From positions 1 to 27,778 of the IMG/VR virus record IMGVR_UViG_2802429234_000007: DNA of 27,778 nt; one strand, given 5' to 3'. Positions 19,176-26,764 of the stretch are shown piece after piece (the first letter of the stretch is position 1; each line of letters opens with the position of its first letter). The notes under the pieces are model-generated. The model ran no database searches and was not told the origin of the DNA. It saw only the letters and a list, made by a program, of their open reading frames with translations. The translations under genes were made by a program, and so were the position numbers. Source of the stretch: a virus. Lineage: Duplodnaviria > Heunggongvirae > Uroviricota > Caudoviricetes.

Positions 19176-20233
19176 GTAAAAAGAAACGCTTTGTTAAGCG
19201 CGACCAGCGTGGCGACAAATCAAAAAAGATGAGCATTATCACATTCGGCAAGCCTGAACCGGTTCTGACTACCGGCACAGATTACCGTGATATCTGGTAC
19301 GACAATGCAGCCGATCACTTCACCCAGCCGATAGACCGGCTGGCACTCGCGCAACTGATTAATCTTAACGGTCAGCACGGCGGCATCATTCACGCCCGTA
19401 AAAACATGATTGTTTCAGACTACCAGGGGGGCGGGCTTATTCATGACCAGCTGGAAGCGGCAGCGTTTGACTATATAACCTTTGGGGATATTGCGATTGC
19501 AAAAATTCGTAACGGCTGGGGCGACGTGATCGCACTTGAACCCTTGCCCGGTCTGTATATTCGCCGCCGCAAAGTCAGAGATAACGCGCTGGATAAGCCC
19601 GGTGACTACGTAGTGTTACAGGAAGGGGAACCGCAGGTATGGCCAGAAGAAGATATTATCTTCATCAAAATGTATGACCCGCAACAGCATATCTACGGAC
19701 TGCCGGACTACATCGGCGGTGTGCATTCCGCGTTACTTAACAGTGAAGCGGTCATTTTCCGACGCCGCTATTACCACAACGGTGCGCACACAGGCGGTAT
19801 TCTTTATACCCGTGATCCCAGCATGACGGACGAAATGGAGGAAGAAATTGAACAGCAGCTGCGTGACAGCAAAGGGATCGGTAACTTCTCCACCATCCTT
19901 GTAAACATTCCCGGTGGAGACGGCGACGCCATCAAATTCATTGAAATGGGGGATATTTCCGCGAAGGATGAATTTGCCAACATCAAAAACATCAGCGCCC
20001 AGGACATTCTGAACGCGCACCGTTTCCCTGCTGGCCTCGCCGGTATTGTCCCGCAGAACACTGCCGGACTGGGGGATGTTGAAAAGGCTGAACGCATTTA
20101 CAAGAAAAGCGAAATTGCCCCCATCCAGCGCCGCTTCATGCTGGCCGTTAACAACGATCCCGAAATCCCGGAAAGGCTACACCTTAACTTTGATTTAAGT
20201 TACACAGAATCAACGGATAAGGGTGCGGCATGA
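19172..20233 (+). CDS. Q: Portal protein, P2 gpQ-like
   Basis: 353 aa; ATGA overlap with terminase stop; size and P-Q synteny as in P2. Confidence 0.75.
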   Translation: MSKKKRFVKRDQRGDKSKKMSIITFGKPEPVLTTGTDYRDIWYDNAADHFTQPIDRLALAQLINLNGQHGGIIHARKNMIVSDYQGGGLIHDQLEAAAFDYITFGDIAIAKIRNGWGDVIALEPLPGLYIRRRKVRDNALDKPGDYVVLQEGEPQVWPEEDIIFIKMYDPQQHIYGLPDYIGGVHSALLNSEAVIFRRRYYHNGAHTGGILYTRDPSMTDEMEEEIEQQLRDSKGIGNFSTILVNIPGGDGDAIKFIEMGDISAKDEFANIKNISAQDILNAHRFPAGLAGIVPQNTAGLGDVEKAERIYKKSEIAPIQRRFMLAVNNDPEIPERLHLNFDLSYTESTDKGAA

Positions 20234-20283
20234 GGCGAAACAGGCTAAAATCCAGGCATCATTTAACAGCTGGAGCATGGAAT

Positions 20284-20553
20284 ATGCGAGTTCTGAAAAT
20301 CGAATGCCCGGAATGCGGCTCAAAGGCTGTTATTCGTAAAACGAACAGGAAGCACCGGCAGATTGCGGATATTTACTGCGCCTGTTCAGATGTTGAGTGT
20401 GGCCACACGTTTGTTATGAATCTGACGTTCTCCCACACTCTCAGCCCCAGCGTTAAAACGGGTGATGCGATGGTGCAAAAAATACTGAATGCACTTTCAC
20501 CCGATCAGCGCCAGATGGCATTAGACCTACTGAAAGCGACTCCCGCCGCCTGA
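20284..20553 (+). CDS. ogr: Ogr/Delta-family zinc-finger late transcription activator
   Basis: CPEC-x20-CACSDVEC four-cysteine motif near the N-terminus; GGAG RBS before ATG at 20284; alternative upstream ATG at 20230 overlaps the portal stop. Confidence 0.7.
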   Translation: MRVLKIECPECGSKAVIRKTNRKHRQIADIYCACSDVECGHTFVMNLTFSHTLSPSVKTGDAMVQKILNALSPDQRQMALDLLKATPAA

Positions 20554-20739
20554 AATGCCCCCATTACTGGGGGTTTTGTTCTCATACTCATCGAGCTTAC
20601 TTTCTAGATCTGAAGTCAGTTCGCTCAGCCAGGCAAGTGCTATGTCTTTCTCACAGCCGGTGCAATTACTTTTAGCTATAAGCCTTGTAAACAACGCAAT
20701 CCGCTGCAATGCGATAGTTTCCAAAAACAAATCCTGCAC
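20527..20739 (-). CDS. Small SOS-controlled ORF (candidate Tum-like antirepressor), ~70 aa
   Basis: ORF downstream of LexA box; GGGAGG RBS 6 nt before a GTG start at 20739 (an ATG at 20745 has poor spacing); 3' end is antisense to the ogr stop region. Confidence 0.4.
   Translation of the reverse strand: MQDLFLETIALQRIALFTRLIAKSNCTGCEKDIALAWLSELTSDLESKLDEYENKTPSNGGISGGGSRFQ
20557..20580 (+). terminator. Rho-independent terminator after the ogr-like gene
   Basis: CCCCC-attact-GGGGG hairpin followed by TTTTGTT, 4 nt after the stop codon. Confidence 0.65.
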
Positions 20740-20762
20740 AAGCATCCTCCCAAAAACAGAAT

Positions 20763-20782
20763 AACTGTATATAAATACAGTA
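20763..20782 (-). promoter_or_regulatory. LexA (SOS) box overlapping a -10-like TATACT
   Basis: aaCTGTatataaatACAGta matches CTGT-N8-ACAG consensus; minus-strand TATACT overlaps the box. Confidence 0.75.
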
Positions 20783-20860
20783 TACATTTAAGCACAAAAT
20801 GTGAAAGTGCTTTTTCCTGCCATCTACTGACAAATGAATGCCTTTCACATACTTACACCA

Positions 20861-22951
20861 CTACAACCACCCCGGCCACAGTTCCTGTAATGGCTCGTTT
20901 TGAGTCTCTTTAAGCCACCCGTTGCGGTAAATCAGTGCGCCCTGACCAAATCTCAAACCACTACCCCGCAGGAGAATGGCTATTTCTTCATCAGAACCAT
21001 CAAAACCCCGACTGCGTAATTCCAGTTTTAACCGTCTGCGGGTTCCCCCCTCCGTACAGTTATTGACAGAACTCCAAGGGGCGGCGTTGCCGCCAGAAAA
21101 ACCCGCCTCCGCTGGCGCTTCGGCCAACTTCGCAACCTTTTGCCACTTAACCAGACGGGTGCAGACTTCTGAATCAGGAACCAAAGGAGAATAAACACCC
21201 TGTACGCGCTGCACGTCCTCTGCGTATTCGTTTCCCTGTTCCGTAATTTCATAGGCCAGACGAACAACCAGATCACGGCGGGCAACCAGTGCACCGCCCT
21301 GCGCCTGGGTGTATGCAGCCCAGTCTCCGACATCAGCAGCAGCCAGAACCGCGTCCATTCTGCGATCGGTCAGCACCTGATCCCGCAACCGACGCAGCTC
21401 ACGCCACACGGTAACCGGCGCACCTCCAATCTGCTGAAACTGACGAATGCGCCAGCGTGAAGCCCACGCAGAAACTGATTTAGCCATATCACGCAGGTTC
21501 TCGCCGGTTTCTTCGTCCTGCTCACCATCCAGCGCAAAACCATCAATATTTTTTGAAATGTATTTCGCGATGTAGCCCGTGGCCGAACCTTTGGTGGGAT
21601 CGATAGCTTCAACGTGAAAACGCGCCTTAAGCGCCTTTTCAGATTGCAGTTCCTCAGAATCGGTAATTCTGGCGTGATAACAAAGAATATCGCGCACTGT
21701 GTCTACGTCCTGCGGGCGCATAAAAAGCAACATATGCCAGTGTGGTGTCCCGTCATGGTGAGGCTCAACAACCCGAAACCCAAATACATGAATACCCGCA
21801 CGCGAGATCGCTGCGCGGGCTTTTGCCCATACGCCGCATAAATAGCGCTGGGTATCCTGCGGCGTACATCCATCCCATTGCGATACAAAGCCCCCTTTGC
21901 TGTGTACCGCATGGAAACGTGATGGCGCGGTGATGGTGTAAAACTCACCGGCCAGCCCTTCTTCATTGGCCATATCTTCAAACCCCCGCATTCTTACCAT
22001 TAGCTCACAGCGACGGATCGCCGGATTTGCAACGCTGTGGTGCACCATGCTGTCCAGTGCAATGCGCAACCCCTCATCATTCAGCAGATCAAACTTTTTA
22101 AAGAACTCCAGATTCCGCTTTTTCTGGTCTATCCATTCGCCCAGGGTTTTACGGGATACATAAGCGCTGGCCGCTTTCTGCACCTGTCCCACAGCTATGG
22201 CCATATGTTCGCGCTGCGTGTCACGCGCTCGCTTCAGGCGCAGATACCACCATTCTGGCGCCATCATGCGCAGTATCCCGGATTCCGCCTTACGTGTTTC
22301 CAGTTGCCCGCCATTGGCTTCATGTTCTGCCCAGTATGGCGGCTGATTGTTCAGCATCACGGAACACGTGCATAAATGGCGGTAAGACTCCAGCGTACGG
22401 CGGCGCATCTCTGCGGCATCGTCAGTGCTGCCCACAAACTGATCGGTGAATTCATAAAGTGACTGAGAGAGCCAGCCAGATATCTGGCCAGCCAGTTTTT
22501 TGATGTCCGGGCGGTCAAGTGACGGTAGTCGCTCCAGCGACTTACCGAAAGGAAGATCAAGTGCATCAGCGGCCAGTTTGTAACGTGCAGCCACTTTGCG
22601 CAGACGTGGCAATACATTCTCACCGATAGTTTTACGCAGGAATGTATTGGCACGGCGACGCCCGTCACAACCAGCCAGCAGCTTTTCGTAACGGTTGCCG
22701 AAATACCCGGCTAACCAGTCGGGTATCTCATGCAGGTACTGGGAACGCCACTCATAATCCTGTGGGTTAACAGCCCACAGGCGACGTTCTGTGATCGTCG
22801 CATCTGACGGGGTGCTAGGCGCAAAGGTTTCACGCCGCCAGGCATTGACGGCATGGTGTTGGCCAGGCTCCAGCATATCAACCACGGTTACCTTCCGGCA
22901 GGTGGGAAAGCAGCTGTGGCATAAGGCGGGCATTGCTGCCCACCCACTCAA
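20861..22951 (-). CDS. A: Replication initiation protein (P2/186 gene A-like rolling-circle endonuclease)
   Basis: ~690 aa; HUH motif PHWHMLLF and tyrosine motif GYIAKYISKN; exact start uncertain (several in-frame Met). Confidence 0.85.
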   Translation of the reverse strand: MSGWAAMPALCHSCFPTCRKVTVVDMLEPGQHHAVNAWRRETFAPSTPSDATITERRLWAVNPQDYEWRSQYLHEIPDWLAGYFGNRYEKLLAGCDGRRRANTFLRKTIGENVLPRLRKVAARYKLAADALDLPFGKSLERLPSLDRPDIKKLAGQISGWLSQSLYEFTDQFVGSTDDAAEMRRRTLESYRHLCTCSVMLNNQPPYWAEHEANGGQLETRKAESGILRMMAPEWWYLRLKRARDTQREHMAIAVGQVQKAASAYVSRKTLGEWIDQKKRNLEFFKKFDLLNDEGLRIALDSMVHHSVANPAIRRCELMVRMRGFEDMANEEGLAGEFYTITAPSRFHAVHSKGGFVSQWDGCTPQDTQRYLCGVWAKARAAISRAGIHVFGFRVVEPHHDGTPHWHMLLFMRPQDVDTVRDILCYHARITDSEELQSEKALKARFHVEAIDPTKGSATGYIAKYISKNIDGFALDGEQDEETGENLRDMAKSVSAWASRWRIRQFQQIGGAPVTVWRELRRLRDQVLTDRRMDAVLAAADVGDWAAYTQAQGGALVARRDLVVRLAYEITEQGNEYAEDVQRVQGVYSPLVPDSEVCTRLVKWQKVAKLAEAPAEAGFSGGNAAPWSSVNNCTEGGTRRRLKLELRSRGFDGSDEEIAILLRGSGLRFGQGALIYRNGWLKETQNEPLQELWPGWL

Positions 22952-22960
22952 GTGGGGTTT

Positions 22961-23194
22961 TTACTGCCATGCGGCACCGCCTTTGCTGCAAATCGCTGTG
23001 GCTTCTTCGCGGATTAACTCAACGATTTCCGTTGCGCTTAAACCTTCCTTGGCTGCATGGGTGGCCAGCTTATCCAGGCGGGTGGAACACAGATCAGCAG
23101 CTGCGGCTTTACCTTCCTGCGTGGCTTTGGTGAGCATGGCCAGCAGTTCAGTGCCTGATTTTGTTACTGGTAAATTCTGACGTGTCATGTGCAT
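22961..23194 (-). CDS. Hypothetical early protein (77 aa)
   Basis: ORF in early operon just upstream of gene A. Confidence 0.4.
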   Translation of the reverse strand: MHMTRQNLPVTKSGTELLAMLTKATQEGKAAAADLCSTRLDKLATHAAKEGLSATEIVELIREEATAICSKGGAAWQ

Positions 23195-23211
23195 TTTGGT
23201 TTCCTTAAGGC

Positions 23212-23242
23212 AAAAAAATCCCCGGCCACTTAAAACGTGGCC
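23212..23242 (-). terminator. Hairpin plus U-tract (possible attenuator) inside the early operon
   Basis: Minus strand GGCCAC-N7-GTGGCC then GGGGA TTTTTTT, between orf133 and orf77. Confidence 0.35.
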
Positions 23243-23261
23243 AAAAAATTCAGGCGGTTAA

Positions 23262-23663
23262 TTAGTGAAAAGCGGGTTGTACTGTGGCGGCTGAGTAGTT
23301 CGGTGCCGGAATAAGGTGAAGCTCATACGTTGTCCGCCACCACTCCTGGATCAGCGATTTTATCTCACCAACCCCCAGCGCCCCAGCTGTGTAGAAAATC
23401 GCGCGAATCCCCGATAGTGCCTCGATCCGTGCCTCTTTGCTCTCCGCTTCGCGATACACGCAGCACCAGAAAGCGGCGTTAATAGCCAGCCAGTGGCGCG
23501 GGTTAGTCATATGTTCTGTGTCATTGAAGAAAAACGGATGCAAAGCGATACGGCCATTTTTACTGGTGCTTTTCTCTGCAAACGCCACAGCGTAGCTATG
23601 CGGGACTCCCCACACGGCCAGTTCAGCCCCCAGCGACTTACCCTCAACGGAAATAATGGTCAT
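23262..23663 (-). CDS. Hypothetical early protein (133 aa)
   Basis: ORF with start overlapping upstream stop; no family recognised. Confidence 0.45.
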   Translation of the reverse strand: MTIISVEGKSLGAELAVWGVPHSYAVAFAEKSTSKNGRIALHPFFFNDTEHMTNPRHWLAINAAFWCCVYREAESKEARIEALSGIRAIFYTAGALGVGEIKSLIQEWWRTTYELHLIPAPNYSAATVQPAFH

Positions 23664-24091
23664 TAGTGATTCCCCTGCTGCTGCAACTTATGGATGATAT
23701 GAGGCGCGATCACCATCTGCACCCCACTACTGCTATAAATTGGATGTACCTTTTTGATCGGGCGGTTCGCGGTGCGCTTCGAAAAATCGCTGTCACGTAA
23801 ACTGCCGAAACCTTCAAACGTTAAACGCGCCCGTGAAATGCCCTGGCGCAGTTGAATCATGCCCCGATAGCCCAGGCGTTCATAAAGCTCACGCCAGCAA
23901 CACTTGCTTAAGTGAGCTTTAAACCCCCCGGCACCAGAAGTAACCGCAGCAGCATGAAGAACCACTCCGCGCCACTCCGGTGTCAGGTTGTCCCACCATT
24001 CAGCAGCCTCACTGCTTTCGCTGAAGTATTTGCGGCGGATCTGCTTTAAATGCTCCAGTCCACGCTTTTGCTGCTCCTGGTTAATCGCCAT
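23663..24091 (-). CDS. Hypothetical early protein (~142 aa from MAINQEQQ)
   Basis: Internal ATG at 24091 preceded by GGGGG; the longer 207-aa reading requires a GTG start overlapping cII. Confidence 0.4.
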   Translation of the reverse strand: MAINQEQQKRGLEHLKQIRRKYFSESSEAAEWWDNLTPEWRGVVLHAAAVTSGAGGFKAHLSKCCWRELYERLGYRGMIQLRQGISRARLTFEGFGSLRDSDFSKRTANRPIKKVHPIYSSSGVQMVIAPHIIHKLQQQGNH

Positions 24092-24099
24092 AGCACCCC

Positions 24100-24273
24100 C
24101 TATAACCCCATCAGACGACGCCACCACGGGCGGTGCGGTTGATGGCCATTGAATTTGTGCATGTGGCCAGGGTTCCAGCGCTGACCGTTCGGCAGTTCTA
24201 TCCATCCCGTTGAACCACTCGGCAACTGCATGGGTGGCGATTCTTTTTTCAGATAAGTAACAAACGCTTTCAT
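24100..24273 (-). CDS. Small early ORF (57 aa, MKAFVTYLKKESPP...), below the ORF-track threshold
   Basis: ATG at 24273 preceded by GAGGGAG with 4-nt spacer; lies between cII stop and next gene. Confidence 0.45.
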   Translation of the reverse strand: MKAFVTYLKKESPPMQLPSGSTGWIELPNGQRWNPGHMHKFNGHQPHRPWWRRLMGL

Positions 24274-24282
24274 GGTGCTCCC

Positions 24283-24786
24283 TCACATCAAGCCGGTGGC
24301 GTTAGCCGTCACCAGATCCACCGCTGCAGCAAGAACGGGCGCGGATTGGATACGGCTTTCAACGGTATAAGCCAACACGGATAAGCTACGGATTGCATCG
24401 CGAGCGCGATCCAGAATTTGTGTACGGCGGGCGGCGGTCATATGACCAGTTGATACGGCTTCCCCAGCAATTGCGCCCACACTGGCTGTGGCACTCAGTG
24501 CGCACAGCTGCATGTTGCCTTCTGTGGCATTGTTCACCGGTACGGATGGAAGGCAGTTAATCTGCCCCAGCATCCCATCAAGTAAACGCGCATCTTCGGT
24601 GTAATCCGTAATAGCTAAAAGCTCGTCACAGGTTAAACGGTGCGGCTGTGCCGGGTTCAATTTGTTGCGCAGGATCTGCGGCCTCATACCAACAGCAGCG
24701 GCCACATCTTCCAGATTGTGCTCAATTGCAAATGCTCGGCAAGCCGCATCAAAGTGCGCATGTTTGGAAGTCTGATAATCAAACAT
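24283..24786 (-). CDS. cII: CII-like transcriptional activator of lysogeny (phage 186 CII-type)
   Basis: 167 aa beginning MFDYQTSKHAHFDAACRAF, closely resembling recalled 186 CII N-terminus; position after apl. Confidence 0.75.
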   Translation of the reverse strand: MFDYQTSKHAHFDAACRAFAIEHNLEDVAAAVGMRPQILRNKLNPAQPHRLTCDELLAITDYTEDARLLDGMLGQINCLPSVPVNNATEGNMQLCALSATASVGAIAGEAVSTGHMTAARRTQILDRARDAIRSLSVLAYTVESRIQSAPVLAAAVDLVTANATGLM

Positions 24787-24829
24787 TGTTTTTCTTCCAT
24801 CCCAATCTCAAAATCACTAAAAGTGATGA

Positions 24830-25018
24830 TTACTTTTCACTGTTCCACGCAAGCCAATCTACAAACACATGTTCTTTCGGTTTGCTTTTAGGTTTGATTT
24901 TGAGTTTGCCGGTGTGTACCCAGTAACGTCCCGTGCGCAGTTTTATTTCAACCCTGTCGCAAAAAGTTTTCAGAGGTACCCACCTGCTTTCTGAATGTGT
25001 TGCAGCTTTAGTTTGCAT
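24830..25018 (-). CDS. apl: Apl/Cox-like excisionase-repressor (small HTH protein)
   Basis: 62 aa basic protein, first gene of the operon divergent from cI; GGAGG RBS upstream. Confidence 0.55.
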   Translation of the reverse strand: MQTKAATHSESRWVPLKTFCDRVEIKLRTGRYWVHTGKLKIKPKSKPKEHVFVDWLAWNSEK

Positions 25019-25039
25019 ACGGCAAAATTCCTCCTTCGT

Positions 25040-25065
25040 TTGTCACTAATGAGCGTCGGTGACAA
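25040..25065. promoter_or_regulatory. Perfect dyad TTGTCAC-N12-GTGACAA in the cI/apl switch region (candidate operator)
   Basis: 7-bp inverted repeat with 12-bp spacer just upstream of the apl RBS. Confidence 0.45.
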
Positions 25066-25169
25066 TAGTTGTTAATAATCTACAAACGGCAATTATCAGT
25101 ATCTACATTCGAAACAATGCAGAGACTATTTTTAAAATTGTCGTTTGTCAATAATTGCGAACTACAAAC

Positions 25170-25745
25170 ATGACAACTTACAACATCAAGACAGGTGCAC
25201 GCGAAGCAATCGAAAGGGTGTGTGAGGCCTATGGTTTTACATCCAGAATGCAGTTAGCAAATTATCTTGGAATGTCTCCAAGTGCTTTAAGTACACGTAT
25301 CATGCGTGACAACTTTCCTGCTGATTTAGTGCTACTTTGTGCTCTAGAAACAGGAGCTTCTATCTACTGGCTAACCACTGGTGATGGCGTTAGATTTAAT
25401 CAGGTGGCAAGTGATACCACTCGAATCTCAGCCTATAAAATCGAAGGGTCTGATATGGTTCGCCAAGCATCCGTAATTTTCGATAAGACAATACTCCCCA
25501 ACTACAAAGGTGAACTTCAAATAATCAGTGATAGTTCAGTAAGATTTTTCGTAGATATCGCTGATTACCCTGTTACGGACGGTAAGTTCCTTCTTGAGTA
25601 TTCTGGTACGAAAAGCATCAAAGAATTGACGTTACTTCCTGGTAACAAATTGCGGATTGACTGGGGAAAATATCCAGTTGATTGCGACGTATCTGATGTG
25701 CAATTGATTGGGAAGGTTGTGGCCACATACTTAGTGAGTGAGTAA
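25170..25745 (+). CDS. cI: Immunity repressor, phage 186 CI-type (N-terminal HTH, ~191 aa)
   Basis: ERVCEAYGFTSRMQLANYLGMSPSALSTR...CALETGASIYWLTTGDG resembles 186 CI; upstream of int with 1-nt overlap; the ORF-track start at 25155 is TTG, ATG at 25170 preferred. Confidence 0.7.
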   Translation: MTTYNIKTGAREAIERVCEAYGFTSRMQLANYLGMSPSALSTRIMRDNFPADLVLLCALETGASIYWLTTGDGVRFNQVASDTTRISAYKIEGSDMVRQASVIFDKTILPNYKGELQIISDSSVRFFVDIADYPVTDGKFLLEYSGTKSIKELTLLPGNKLRIDWGKYPVDCDVSDVQLIGKVVATYLVSE

Positions 25746-26758
25746 TGGCAGTTCGGAAAATCGAAAGCGGTGAATGGTTGTGCGATCTTCGCCCTAATGG
25801 GGTGAAAGGTAAGCGTATTCGTAAAAAATTCGCCACGAAAGGTGAAGCACTGGCATATGAAAAATATATCGCCAGCGAAATGGAAGGCAAACCCTGGCTG
25901 GGTGAGAAGCAAGATAATCGACGCTTATCAGATCTGATTGAGCAGTGGCATGATCTATATGGTCGAACATTAGCAGATGCCGACCGCATGATGTCGAAAT
26001 TGAAAGGTATTTGTGCTGGTATGGGAAATCCGATTGCAGCACAAATCACAGCGGCGGATTTCAGCCAATACAGAGAAGGTCGCTTAAAGGGTGAAATTCC
26101 GGATATAAATGGACGTTGTATGCCGATACAACCACGGACAGTAAATCATGAGCAACGCTATCTATCTGCCGTATTTGGTACACTAAAAAAACTAGGCCAT
26201 TGGTCGCTTCCAAATCCATTGGCAGGAATTCCAACCTTTAAAGTTGATGAAAAAATGGTTTCTTTTCTTTATTCAGAAGAAATCAAAACTCTTTTACAAT
26301 ATTTATCCGAATCTAATAGCCCGCACGTTCTCATCATCACTAAGATTTGCCTTGCTACCGGTGCAAGGTGGAGTGAAGCGGAAAATCTAGAAGGCTCTCA
26401 AGTTACGCCATACCGTATCACTTACAAAAATACGAAAAGTAGAAAGGTACGTTCTATACCTATCTCAAAAGAGCTTTATAACGAGATACCAAAAAAACGA
26501 GGCCAGTTGTTTACCCCGTGCCGTAAAACTTTCGAGCGTACTGTAGCTAAAGCGGGGATTGAACTGCCTGAAGGCCAGTGTACACATGTATTACGACATA
26601 CATTTGCCAGCCACTTTATGATGAATGGCGGAAACATACTTGTTCTTAAAGAGATTTTAGGCCATTCAGATATAAAAATGACTATGATCTATGCTCACTT
26701 TGCGCCAACGCATCTTGAAGATGTAATAACAAAAAATCCTTTATCATTAATAATTTAG
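25745..26758 (+). CDS. int: Tyrosine integrase (P2/186 Int-type)
   Basis: 337 aa; N-terminus MAVRKIESGEWLCDLRPNGVKGKRIRKKF matches P2 Int pattern; C-terminal HxLRHTFA ... MIYAHF catalytic region. Confidence 0.9.
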   Translation: MAVRKIESGEWLCDLRPNGVKGKRIRKKFATKGEALAYEKYIASEMEGKPWLGEKQDNRRLSDLIEQWHDLYGRTLADADRMMSKLKGICAGMGNPIAAQITAADFSQYREGRLKGEIPDINGRCMPIQPRTVNHEQRYLSAVFGTLKKLGHWSLPNPLAGIPTFKVDEKMVSFLYSEEIKTLLQYLSESNSPHVLIITKICLATGARWSEAENLEGSQVTPYRITYKNTKSRKVRSIPISKELYNEIPKKRGQLFTPCRKTFERTVAKAGIELPEGQCTHVLRHTFASHFMMNGGNILVLKEILGHSDIKMTMIYAHFAPTHLEDVITKNPLSLII

Positions 26759-26764
26759 AGAAAA

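Noticed and set aside
20555-20764. Plus-strand 69-aa ORF after the ogr terminator
   Set aside because: Begins inside the terminator hairpin, has no RBS, and is antisense to the better-supported SOS-box-driven ORF
20554-20860. Search for a P2/186-type cos site near the portal end
   Set aside because: No convincing match to the recalled GGCG-GGCGGGGAAAGCA-type cohesive end was found by eye; the position of cos remains undetermined
23663-24286. Full 207-aa reading of ORF 23663..24286
   Set aside because: Requires a GTG start overlapping the cII stop and carries an odd N-terminal extension; the internal ATG at 24091 plus a separate small upstream ORF is more plausible, but unresolved
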